From assembly GCA_951406725.2 (NCBI GenBank), contig OX597814.1, forward strand, positions 113,274,001-113,338,000: 64,000 nt of DNA. The letters are read 5' to 3'. Of this stretch, positions 40,882-53,131 are shown piece by piece. Origin of the DNA: Octopus vulgaris. Taxonomy: Eukaryota. The notes under the pieces are model-generated. The model ran no database searches, was not told the origin of the DNA, and saw nothing but the letters and a program-made list of their open reading frames with translations. The stretch's first letter is position 1, and the number at the start of each line of letters is the position of its first letter. The position numbers were made by a program, and so were the translations under genes.

Positions 40882-41348
40882 AGCTCACTAAAAATACTGC
40901 AAAGTATTAAATTGACTTGAAATTAGTTTTCGTGTTAACATAGATTATATCTGACTGTTATGTTTGAAATATGTTTAAAAATATTTTTTTTTCTATTTTC
41001 CGTATTATGTTTCCAAATTTGCTCTCTTTCATTGACATATTTGTCTAGTAAACACATAAATTCACTACCCACGCCTATATTAAATAGAAATCCACAACTT
41101 CTACAGATTTCGAAGAGGGAAACGGACATAAACCAATAATTCATTGACTACACAATATAACCATAAGTAATTTTAAATTTAAGATTAAGCAAACAGCATA
41201 ATAATCACGGTCTACCACATATGACGTGGCCCATTAGAAAATTATTAAATCTTGTATTTCATATAAAAATCTTTGCGTACGCATATGTATATAGGTTGAA
41301 TTTTAAAAGTTGCTATTTATATTAAAATTCCTGCTTACGTCTACAGTT

Positions 41349-41420
41349 GGCTCGTTGGTCTAGGGGTATGATTTTCGCTTAGGGTGCGAGAGGTCCCGGG
41401 TTCAAATCCCGGACGAACCC
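41349..41420 (+). tRNA. tRNA-Pro(AGG), one acceptor-stem mismatch
   Basis: 72-nt match, GAACCC 3' end. Confidence 0.8.
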
Positions 41421-41613
41421 TAATTTTTGATTTTTTTTTGTGATCTCATATTTTTCAGCTAATTTTCAAAATTACAATAGGATATATTCTTTTATTCTCC
41501 TTTTTTTCTCTACCGCCCTCATAGACACCAGTACCCACCTGGACCTACTAAGCGCCCACCGAAAGGAGCAGTAGTGCCCACTTTTTTGTATATATACACA
41601 TGTAAATATTTCG

Positions 41614-42037
41614 GGAACTTTTCGGTTTGAACGGCAGTTTTTAACATAATTTCTAGGTAACTAAAAAATTTTAAACTTCGTATACTGGTAGATTGTGTTT
41701 ATAAAACATCTTTTTCTCTTGGCTTTATTGAGAAAATTCTATAGTTTGTAAGATATTTGCTGTTTTTTTTCTTCAATTTCTGCAATTTCAACCAATCAAT
41801 GACGTCCATTGAGTTAAAAAGCATTCTGTGCCGTATGAATATGTCCCTCGTTTAAGAAACAGATTGGGTTTATTTACATTTGTGAAGAAAAAAAGATACC
41901 CTTCCCCTCACCCCTAACCTTAACCCTAAAGCCTAAAACAGATTGAAATGCAATAGATCGATACTTGGGTCATAATTTTGGGTGACAATTTCATATGACA
42001 CCGCTAGAAAAAACTGCCGTTCAAACCGAAAAGATCC
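41614..42037. mobile_element. MITE monomer, same family as 39245-40037
   Basis: About 28-bp TIRs, flanking direct repeat TATTTCG. Confidence 0.88.
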
Positions 42038-42328
42038 TATTTCGTTGTATTTGCTACAAGGGATTATGGTACTGAAATAAATGCAATTCGGAATAAAAGC
42101 GCTCAGTTAAAAAAAATCTTAAAGCGTTTGTCGTTTCGGGTTTCTGGTATTAAAGAAATGCACCCATCCTTCAGCCTAGCCGGTGAACGCTGCGAATTAC
42201 CTCAGTGTGGTTACACCTATTTCTCTACAGCGAGAAATTCCGTCCTATAATATATAAAGATGTTGTTTCTGTACTATAATTCCTAGTGAAAAACACAATG
42301 CAATATTTATTTATAAAAAAGGTTATGA

Positions 42329-42393
42329 TGGTTCGACCGGGTTTCGAGCCTCTCGCACCCAAAGTGAGAATCATACACCCAGGCCAACGAGCC
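42329..42393 (-). pseudogene. Degenerate tRNA-Pro(TGG)
   Basis: Partial T-arm deletion and substitutions. Confidence 0.7.
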
Positions 42394-43202
42394 TTATTTC
42401 ATAACGGGAGCCTAAACTGTCCTATTTCCTTTTAAGAGGCAAGTATGTATGTATGTATGTATGTATGTATGTATGTATGTATGTATGTATGTATGTATGC
42501 ATGTATGTATGTATGTATGTATGTATGTATGTATGTATGTTATGTCAAGTGACTCTTGGTATTATTGGTGACATGTAACCATAGAACAACCTGTCGCTTG
42601 ATCAGGCCGTCAGCGTCTAAACTGGCAACACTACCAGACCTGATTGGTAATGAAGGTGGAGGTTTTTTGGATATCCGGTCGGTCGAAAAACAGAACCTGT
42701 CGAAGGACCAATGAACTAAGATGAGTCAACTGCCATTGCTGCGTGTCAGAGGCCCCTAGTCTTTGTTTAGATATCCCTGTAGGAGGAGGAGATTCCATTA
42801 TAACACCCGCCTCATTGCTAAGCTGTAGTTCTAGCTCCCCTACCTATGATGATGATGATGAAATTATAGGAATAATGAAGTATAGTAAGTCATCAAAATA
42901 GATAAAAAAAAAAGTAAAATAGAACAGTGGGCTCGTCAAGGATTTGAACACCGGACCACTCGCATCCTAAGCGAAAATCATTCCCCTACACCAACCAGCC
43001 AACTTCGAACAGCCGGGAAAATCTCGGGAAAATATATAATTGTGAACTCTGATACACAACTTAAATATGTCGTATAAAACACTCCTTGTTCAGACGTCAG
43101 CTGTGACTGAAATTACAGAAATAGTTAATGAATAGATAAAAGGAAGTGAATATTTACCTTTTAATAATAAATACACCAATTTAAGTTGGCTGCTTGGCGT
43201 AT

Positions 43203-43274
43203 GGCTCGTTGGTCTAGGGGTATGATTCTCGCTTTGGGTGCGAGAGGCCCCGGGTTCGAATCCCGGACGAGCCC
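43203..43274 (+). tRNA. tRNA-Pro(TGG), one variable-loop substitution
   Basis: 72-nt match; third copy of 14923/36093. Confidence 0.88.
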
Positions 43275-46200
43275 ATAAGTGTACTTTTTTTTTATATATG
43301 TAAATATTGTGCTGCATTTGCTCCAAGAAATTGTAGTGCAGAAATGTAAATCGGGATGAAAGCACTCAGCCGTAATGTACGTCGATACAAACTCGCAGCG
43401 CCTGTCGTTTCCGGTTTCTGTTGCTGAAGAGGAGATAATCAATCCGAAGTGCATCTATCCTCCAGTCGGATTGGGAACGCTGCGAATTGACTCACGGGTT
43501 CCAATACATGCTTCAAGTTTCTATTTACACACGTCACTGTATTTTATTTATAGTGAACCAGTGAATAGCGCAACTAATCATTGAACGATGGCGGGAATAT
43601 AGATCTGTCGGTGGTGTGAGGTGGCAGCATCTGACCTTCCGATATCTGGTACTGACGTTATTCCAGGGACAAGGGAAAGGTCGATATAGCTTGGCACCAG
43701 TGACGTCGCAACTCATTTCTACAGCTGAGTTAACCGGAGCAACGTGAAGTAAAGACGTGAATTTTAAAACAACTTTTCTTTGTCAATTTAGATATAAAAT
43801 CGTAGCAACACTTCTGTCAATTCTCTACGTTTTCAGTCATCAGGAATGGCTGTGTGGTAAGTAGCTTGCTTACCAACCACATGGTTCCAAGTTCAGTCCC
43901 ACTGCGAAGCACCTTGGGCAAGTATCTTCCACTATAGCTTCGGGCCGACCAAAGCGTAGTGAGTGGATTTGGTAGACGGAAACTGAAAGAATCCCGTCGT
44001 GTATATATATGTATATGTATTTATATATATGTATGTGTGTGTGTATATTTGTGTGTCTGTGTTTGTCCCCGCAACATCGTTTGACAACCGATGCTGGTGT
44101 GTTTACGTCCCCATAACTTAGCGGTTCGGCAAAAGCGTCCGATAGAATAAGTACTAGGCTTACAAAGAATAAGTCCTGGGGGCGATTTGTTCGACTAAAG
44201 GCGGTGCTCCAGCATGGCCGCAGTCAGATGACTGAAACAATTAAAAGATTCAATAAGATGTTTAATTTTTTACAGTTTTTCATGTTTGTCATGTTTTTTT
44301 CTTTTGTTTAGGGTGATGACCAAAAGTACCAATATTTCTCGTAAAACGGGGGAGATAACCCAAGCTTTTAATGAGGGGGGAGGGGGAGATAAGCAAAAAG
44401 TACCCAAGTCTCTGCTCATGACTCTTATAGACAGCCCTAACCTAAAGAGGGAGCTATCTTCAAACGAGAGACATACCTGAATACTTGTGGCAGAGTGGAC
44501 TCAACTAAAGGAACCCAAGGGATCAGGTGGTAGCGTTAGGATGGGTGATAGATTAAGTCTATTACCTAAGTAGACTATTGTAGGGATTGAACTCAGAACG
44601 TAAAGAATCGGGGCAAATACCACAAGGTACCTGGTCCCCGTATTCAACAGTTTCCACCATTCAACAGCTCTGGATCGGTACTTTATTTTATCGAGACCAG
44701 AAGGATGAAAAGTAGACTTCAGCGGGATTTGAACTCGTAATAACACAAAGAGCTAGAACAAATGTAGCAAGGCATCTGGACCGACGTCCTTAAAGAAAAC
44801 TCCACCGCTTTGCATTGATTGGGACGTTTTTATCGATCCCAAGAGTAAAAAAAAAAAATCAGAAATCACTTTGGTACGATTTGAACTGAGAATACCGAGA
44901 GTCGAAGCAAAAACCCGTGAGACATTATAACCGACACTCTACCGATTCTGCCACTTAGCAAGAATTCAGCTTGGTTCTCCTTCAGATGTGTTGACTTCCT
45001 ATTCTGTTCTCAGTAGAAATATCTTAACTAGAGTAATGTCCATCTCAATCATCTCAAGAGATTATCACACAATCTTTATTATAACTTATTAACAACTTTA
45101 TTAATGAACAGTGTGAATCACCGACATTGACTGATTATAAATGAGAACTGGGGATATGAATTTAGAAGAGATAATGTGATAAGATGGATGTTAAATAGGA
45201 TTCGCTGGAAACCTCACACAGCACACTACATCCGTGCTGGAACTGTCTTATACAGAAAGTAATCATTCTGCTGCTCTTTTAGTATTTTACTAGCTTCAGT
45301 CATTTGACAGCGGCCATGCTGACGCTCCACCTTTAGTCGAACAAATTGACCCCAGGGCTTATTCTTTGTAAGCCTAGTACTTATTCTTTCGGTCTCTTTT
45401 GCCAAACCGCTAAGTTAGGGGACGTAGGCACACACCAACATCAGCTGTCAAATGATGGTGGTGGGGAGAAACACAGACACACAAATACATACATATATAT
45501 AAATATAAATATATGTGTGTGTGTGTGTGCATACGATGGGCTTCTTTCAGTTTCCGTCCGCCAAATCCACTCACAAGGCATTGGTCGGCCCGAGGCTATG
45601 GTAGAAGACACTTGCCCAAGGTGCCACACAGCGGGACTGAACCTGGAACCAATTGGCTGAGAAGCAAACTTTTTACCACACAGCCACTCCTGCGCCTGAA
45701 TATTGGTTTCAAATTTTAGCACAAGGTAAGCAAGTTTGGGGTTCGGCTAAGTCGTTTACATCGATTCCAGGGCTCAAATCCTACTTATTTTATCGACTCC
45801 GAAGGATGACAGGCAAAGTCAGTCTCAGCGGAATTTGAACTCAAAACATAAAGACGAGCGAAATACCGTTAAGGGTTCTGTCCGGTGTGCTAACGTCCGT
45901 CTTTATGTTCTGTGTTCAAATTCTGACGAAGTCGACTTTTCCTTTCATCTGTTCGAGGTCGATAAAATAAGTACCAGTAGCGCACTGGGGGATCGATATA
46001 ATCGACTTATCTCCTCCCCCAAAATTGCTGGCCTTGTCCCAGAATTTGCATTTAAGGCGGTGACATGGCGGAATCGTGAGTACACTGGCCAAAATGCTTA
46101 GCAGTATTTACTCTGACTCTTTACGTTCTAAGTTCAAATGCGGACGAGGTTGACTTTTCCTTTCCTATTTCCGATATCGATAAAATAAAGAACCCGCTGA

Positions 46201-46449
46201 GTATTAAGAGTCAAAGTAATCACGAAACCCTTCCCTAGCAATTGTTGGCCCTGTCCCCATATTTGAAACCAGTATTTTGTACGACATATTTTTATTAGTT
46301 ACACGATTTAGATTATTATTAGTATTAATAATAGCGCTCAATTGAAATGAAAGTGGCTCAAGTTAAAAAATGAAAAAAAATTGATTGGAAATATTTTTCA
46401 AGACTATCAAGTGGAATGTACAAAATGTGGCCATGAAACAAAACACTTT

Positions 46450-46521
46450 GGGCTCGTCCGGGATTCGAACCCGGGACCTCTCGCACCCAAAGCGAGAATC
46501 ATACCCCTAGACCAACGAGCC
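46450..46521 (-). tRNA. tRNA-Pro(TGG), intact
   Basis: Perfect reverse-complement match. Confidence 0.95.
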
Positions 46522-47153
46522 TTAGTACGTAAGCGTGCTTAAATTATCATTCTATAAAGAATAAGTAATAATTTTATATGTATAGTTATAACCAGAAAAT
46601 AAGCTGGCATCTGAAAGAGGAGTGTTGATTTAATTAAATCAGTTGTGTTAATAAGTTTCGCAGTTATCATTTGAGGATGTTTACAGTAAAATATCACAGA
46701 AGGAGGTTAATGCGATAAAGGAGATTTTGTAATTTTTTTTTCGTGTTCTAAAGGGTTTTGAGAATCGTTTAGTAAAGAGATTTTGGGTGAAATATAAATT
46801 TTAGTGTTGCATTAGTTGAAACATATTCTAACATGATTTTGAAGCTTAACTGCAAAAATATAAAAGTTTTAAAGGGATCACACGCGATTTGAACCCAGAA
46901 TCGCTCGCTAACGAAGCCCGAATCATTTCTTTGAACCAGCGAACCAACATTTAAGCGAGCCTAATTACTATTTCAAATAGCAACTATTATATTCTAACCA
47001 TTACGCATACTCACATATATGATTAGGAGAGTGGTCCTCAACCATTTTTTAGTACGTTTTAGTTATCTCACCCCCATTAAAAAATTGGGTTATCTCCCCT
47101 AACTAAAAAAATCGCTTGACCCTCAATAAAGCAAAAAGAAAAAATGAAAAAAT

Positions 47154-47505
47154 TGCTTACCAACAACATGGTTCCGGGTTCATTCCCACTGCGTGGCACC
47201 TTGGGCAAGTGTCTTGTACTATAGCTTCGGGCTGACCAAAGCCTTGTGAATCGATTTGGTAGACGGAAACTGAAAGAAGCCCGTCGTATATATGTGTAGA
47301 TATGTATGTCTGTGTTTGTACCCCAACATTGCTTAACAACCGATGGGGGTGTGTTTACGACCCCGTAACTTAGCGTTTCGGCAAAAGAGAGCCCGATAGA
47401 ATAAGTACTGCGTTTACAAAGAATAAGTCCTGGCGTCGATTTGTTCGACTAAAGCCGGTGCACCAGTATGGCCGCAATCAAATGAGTGAAACAGACAAAA
47501 GAATG
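47154..47505 (+). mobile_element. SINE family A, 5'-truncated
   Basis: Consensus match. Confidence 0.82.
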
Positions 47506-47993
47506 AAAGAAAATAAATTTTTAAAAAGATCTTACGTGGACCCCACCAACAGTCATACGGATACCGCTTCAGTGCCCACTAGATTAGGGTTTACTATGAT
47601 AAGCTCTTCGATAGATGGCTGAAGTCAGGGACTTCTATAATAAAATTATGTTAGAGTTTGGTTCATCCTTAGTCCTGGTTCTGCTCACTGGTAAACACCA
47701 TGTTCTAATCTGACTCTATTCCCGACAAAGATTACAATTATTTTGATGTGTTTCGAACATAAGCATTGCACTAAGTCAAAAACTACTTTATTTCTAAGAA
47801 AAATCATGACCCCACAGATTGTGACAGGGCCGGCTCTTAGAATTACATAAGTAATAATAAGTAAATAATATATTGTTTATTTATTTTTGTACTTTTTGTG
47901 ATCTAGTTATGTTTTAAAATATATTATATTTTTTATTAATGATTTGGTTTATGTCTATCATTGTTTGAATTGCATAATAGTGGTATTTCTCTA

Positions 47994-47999
<6 letters not shown>

Positions 48000-48047
<48 letters not shown>

Positions 48048-48066
48048 GTGTGTGTGTGTGTGTAAA

Positions 48067-48114
<48 letters not shown>

Positions 48115-48129
48115 CTCTCTCCCTCTGTG

Positions 48130-48183
<54 letters not shown>

Positions 48184-48192
48184 ATATATATA
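48000..48192. repeat. Compound microsatellite (TA)n(TG)n(TCTA)n(TA)n
   Basis: Direct reading; one of many microsatellites in the window. Confidence 0.95.
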
Positions 48193-48854
48193 TGGGTACC
48201 GGACGTCACAAACCATAAACAACATGAAGTACGAAAACAAATGAGTTGAATACGCAAACAACGAGAGAAACAAATGGAAAACAGGACAAGTAACATAAAG
48301 AACGACCCTTCATCAGTTGTCGGCTACCTATCTACTCCTCATTCCGAGGATTGAACGGCAATATGAGTCTTCGAAGACAGTTGGTCCACAAAAGCCAAAA
48401 TAAAATTTGGGATTTATGGAGGGTTAAAGTTGGTAACAAAAACAGGACAGTGGAGGTATGCTAGGAAACCGAAGGAAAACAAACATGGAGGGACACAGTC
48501 TTTATTAAAATATCAAAACATATACTCCAATGAAATTTTTTAAATTAGCAGAGAAAAGGTACCCAAACAGAAATAAGGGCCCATCTGGGATTTGAATCGA
48601 AGATCTTTCGCACCCTGAACGAGATAAAAACTCCAGACCAACGAGGCAACCGGTGAGTTTTCAAATAAGAACTATTGAATTTTAACTGCCATACATACAC
48701 ACGAATTTAGATAATTACGGTCCACTATTTTTAAATTTTCGACAAATGTCTAGAGAAGAAGAATTAGCGTTTGCACAATGCGTATCAGCTTGATCATGTA
48801 ATAATAAAAAGACACCCTTATGCACAAGAAAGAAGAAATAAAGCAAAAGAACTT

Positions 48855-48913
48855 GGGCTCGCCCGGGACCTCTCGCACCCAAAGCGAGAATCATACCTCT
48901 AGACCAACGAGCA
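48855..48913 (-). pseudogene. tRNA-Pro(TGG) with 13-nt T-arm deletion
   Basis: Deletion between the TCCCGG direct repeats; duplicate at 40810 retains the arm. Confidence 0.88.
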
Positions 48914-49380
48914 AGCTCACTAAATATACTGCAAAGTATTAAATTGACTTGAAATTAGTTTTCGTGTTAACATAGATTATATCTGACTGTTATGTTTGAA
49001 ATATGTTTAAAAATATTTTTTTTTCTATTTTCCGTATTATGTTTCCAAATTTGCTCTCTTTCATTGACATATTTGTCTAGTAAACACATAAATTCACTAC
49101 CCACGCCTATATTAAATAGAAATCCACAACTTCTACAGATTTCGAAGAGGGAAACAGACATAAACTAATAATTCATTGACTACACAATAGTACTATAAGT
49201 AATTTTAAATTTAAGATTAAGCAAACAGCATAATAATCACGGTCTACCACACATGACGTGGCCCATTAGAAAATTATTAAATCTTGTATTTCACATAAAA
49301 ATCTTTGCGTACGCATATGTATATAGGTTGAATTTTAAAAGTTGCTATTTATAATAAAATTCCTGCTTAAACTTACAGTT

Positions 49381-49452
49381 GGCTCGTTGGTCTAGGGGTA
49401 TGATTTTCGCTTAGGGTGCGAGAGGTCCCGGGTTCAAATCCCGGACGAGCCC
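49381..49452 (+). tRNA. tRNA-Pro(AGG), intact
   Basis: 72-nt match, T-run downstream. Confidence 0.93.
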
Positions 49453-49519
49453 TAATTTTTGATTTTTTTTTTGTGATCTCATATTTTTCAGCTAATTTTC
49501 AAAATTACAATAGGATATA

Positions 49520-49900
49520 TTCTTTTATTCTTTTACTTGTTTTGGTCATTTGACTACGGCCATGCGGGAGCACTGCCTTTTGTCGAACAAATCGACCCAA
49601 GGACTTATTCTTTGTAAGCCTTATTCTATCGGGCTCTTTTACCGAACCGCCAAGTTTCGGGGACGTAAACACACGAACATCAGTTGTCAAGCGATGGTGG
49701 AGGGACACACACGCACACACACACACACAAATAAACGTATATATATGACAGGCTTCTTTCAGTTTCCGTCTACCAAATCTACTCAGACGGCTTTGGTCGA
49801 CCCGGGGTTGGGAACATGTGGTTGGGAACATGTGGTTGGGAACATGTGGTTGGGAACATGTGGTTGGGAAGCAAACGTCTTACTACACAGTCACGCCTAC
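49520..49900 (-). mobile_element. SINE family A with internal 14-bp tandem repeat
   Basis: Reverse-complement match; (GGGAACATGTGGTT)x4 at 49810-49865. Confidence 0.82.
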
Positions 49901-50042
49901 GCCATGGTTAATTTTTTTTCTTTTTTATTCAGTGTTATTTCTAAGTACTTTAATGGTTTTCCCCATTAGAAATATGTTCTACGCTCTGTAATACATCACT
50001 GATGTCATAAAACATCATGATGAGGGACGAAGTGTGCTCGTG

Positions 50043-50180
<138 letters not shown>

Positions 50181-50330
50181 CTAAATTGCAAAGAGTAAAG
50201 ATTTAACGTCAAATTACTCGATTCACCCGTGGAAAAATTAGCAAAAAATAAAATAAATTAAAATAAAATAAATAATAAATAAATAAATAGAAATAAGATA
50301 TCAGCAAAAAAAAAAAAGAAAGAAAAAGCT

Positions 50331-50402
50331 GGGCTCGTCCGGGATTCGAACCCGGGACCTCTCGCAACCTAAGCGAAAATCATACCCCTAGACCAACGAG
50401 CC
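50331..50402 (-). tRNA. tRNA-Pro(AGG), G37>T loop variant
   Basis: 72-nt reverse-complement match, loop TTAGGTT. Confidence 0.8.
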
Positions 50403-50555
50403 ACTTACAAATAGTGATGAAACTAAATTATTAAAAAGTAAAGATTTAACTACAAATTATCCAATTTACCCGTATGTACCCGTAAGACACTCCAAGATAC
50501 TTCTTATGGTAATTAGCAGACAGGTTAATTAGTGAATTAGCAATAAATAAATAAA

Positions 50556-52915
50556 TCTCTTATGATAAAAGGCAGATTTTCTCTGCCTCCCAAATCGTTC
50601 GTTTTTTATACAATTGTACAATATAGAATTTCTTCAATTGGAATTTACCTATGATTTTTCCAAGTAGATTCCATTGGGTCATGGCATGTAAAGTTTTTTT
50701 TCAATTTGACCCCCAATTAAGCATAAATTCGAGAAAACTCAATATTTTACGATTTGCCTCTCTCATTTCAAGTGCTACACTTTCTCCTCCTTTCTCTTTG
50801 CAAGTGTGCAACAATTAAAGTGAAAATATTTTTGCTAGAGGAAGATCCGCTATGGTCTTATATGCTACACCACTGGTTTTCAATTCATATTAATCAAATT
50901 AATATTCAATTTTTCACCCTTATTATGTGTGTGTGTGTGTGTGTGTGTGTGTATTAGCAATTCGTATAAAATTGCATCAATGACTTGAACTTGAATAAGT
51001 GGTTTTACATAAATGGGGATAAATTAATAGGGTTTGTTGTTATTATTATTACTTTTTGACTATTGTAATCACGTTTGTTGGTTCCTCGTCAGGGAAACGT
51101 TGTTGTGTTGCATTTGTTAAATAATTGTAAACCGTAACCCTCCCCCTTTCGGAGAAGGGGCTTTGGTTATTGTTTCGAAATTGAATTGTGTTCTTGTTTG
51201 GGGAACTTGACAATATTTTCGCCGTCTTTACGGAAGCATTTTTGTTAAAATGCCTTCGATAGAAGAAAGTCCAAAAATGAATTTCGCTGCAGCCGTACAC
51301 TTCTATCCAAGAGGGAGGACAAGATCCAATTGATCGAAATTGTAAGAGACGGGCCTACAATTCCAGTCTGTTATATATTTTGAGTATTGTTATCACTAGC
51401 GATATCAAGATATAACTTTGTATTTTGTATTTTATGTGTAGATGTATATATATATATATAGATGTACATGTAATATGTACACATATATATATACTCATAT
51501 ATACATGCATAATATATCTACCCATACACACACACGCACACACACACACACACACATACATACATAGGGGTAGGTGTGGCTGTGTAGTAACAGACTACGT
51601 TCGAAGATACTGTACTTGATATGGGCGGTAGTGCCTTGCCGGTCTATGGCCTACCTTCAACAAACCGGGAAGGCACAAACACTCTGTCTTCACATTTGCT
51701 GCGTGAGACACGTTTTAAGGTTGACGAGCTTGCCGAGTACATAGCCGACAATGAGCCAAAGCTCCTTCCAGAACAGAAGTTCGCTTAAAACTCCGTTGTT
51801 AATTCAGTCCGGGCCAAAGCTGGGGGGATTTTTTTCCTGGACGCTCCTAGGGGCACTGGGAAAACTTTTGTTAACAAACTAATATTGGCTGAGATTAGGC
51901 GAACACAAGGCATTGCCCTAGCTGTGGCATCATCTGGAATTGCGGCTACTTTGTTGCCAGGCGGCAGGACAACTCACTCCACTTTCAAGCTTCCGCTTGA
52001 CTTAGCGAAGACTGAGACACCAACTTGCAACATCAGTAACAGCTCCGATCAGGCAGAAGTCTTCAGACGATGCAAGCTTATCGTTTGGGATGAATGCACA
52101 ATTGCCCACAGAGGTGCTCTTGAGGCACTAGATAGATCTCTCAGAGACATCAAACACTCTTCAGCTCCCATGGGAGGCATAACACTTCTTCTTTCAGGGG
52201 ACTTCCGACAAACACTTCCCGTTATTCCCAAAGGGACTAGAGCTGATGCAGTAAGTGCGTGTCTTAAGTCATCCACATTGTGGCTACTGGTGAAGACTCT
52301 CAAACTTCACACCAATATGCGTGCTCATATGCGACGTAATATCACATCAGCAGCATTTTCTCACACCTTCCTTGCACTTGGCGAAGGCAAAATACCAGGG
52401 GATGAAAATGGTAATATTGCCATCGATTCCATTTGTACCATTGTTAAAACGCCTTCTGATCTCAGAGATGCAGTGTTCCCAGATCTACAAGCTAATTATC
52501 AGAATATGGATTGGATTGGCCAAAGGGCTATTCTGACCCCGAGGAATAAAACTGTTCACCATATTAATGATGAAATGCTAAAACTCATTCCCGGGGATGT
52601 CTATGTATATAAGTCTATCGATACAACTCCTGACCCAGAGGACGTCATCAACCATCCAATAGAGGTACTCAGTTCCTTTGAGCCCCCCCGGACTACCACC
52701 ACACATTCTCAAACTAAAAGTTGGTGCCCCTATAATGCTCATTAGAAATTTGGTTCCCCCAAAATAATGCAATGGCACACGTTTGATCGTTAAGTCCTTA
52801 TCTCCCACTGTAAACTTATATCAATATTTGCCTGAATAATCATCATAATTCAGTGCAATCATTAACAGTACTTTCAAGCAATTCAGCCCCGAGCATCGCC
52901 GGGCAATTCTGCTAG
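50556..52915 (+). mobile_element. Internally deleted Helitron carrying a PIF1 helicase remnant
   Basis: 5' TC in (AAAT)n, 3' hairpin CCCGAGCATCGCCGGG plus CTAG|T, helicase ORF inside. Confidence 0.85.
51600..52810 (+). pseudogene. Helitron PIF1-like helicase fragment (ORF 51885-52745)
   Basis: DAPRGTGKT Walker A, ASSGIAATLL, IVWDEC, GDFRQTLPV, RAILTPRN motifs; upstream stop and downstream frameshift. Confidence 0.9.
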
Positions 52916-53131
52916 TAAATAAATAAATAAATAAATAAATAAAAATGAAGACAGACAAATAAAGGTACTATTTAAGAAGAGCGGTCCCGGTGCGCGTACT
53001 CGCGCATCCGCGCTAGCTAGTCGTAACTAGTCGATTGTTACTTTGTGTTTTATTTACTTTGCTAGGTAGTCGTTGTAGGATCGACTAGTCCCGACTAGAA
53101 AAATTATAAAAGAAAAATTATACCCCTAGAC

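Larger units (their letters stand above)
42444..49531. repeat. Segmental duplication B, copy 2 (copy 1 about 35352-41498)
   Basis: Colinear similarity from the (TATG)n tract to the AGG tRNA 3' flank; the first ~1.3 kb is also at 13.65-15.5 kb. Confidence 0.92.

Noticed and set aside
51885-52745. Cellular PIF1 helicase gene
   Set aside because: Intronless, disrupted and enclosed by Helitron termini
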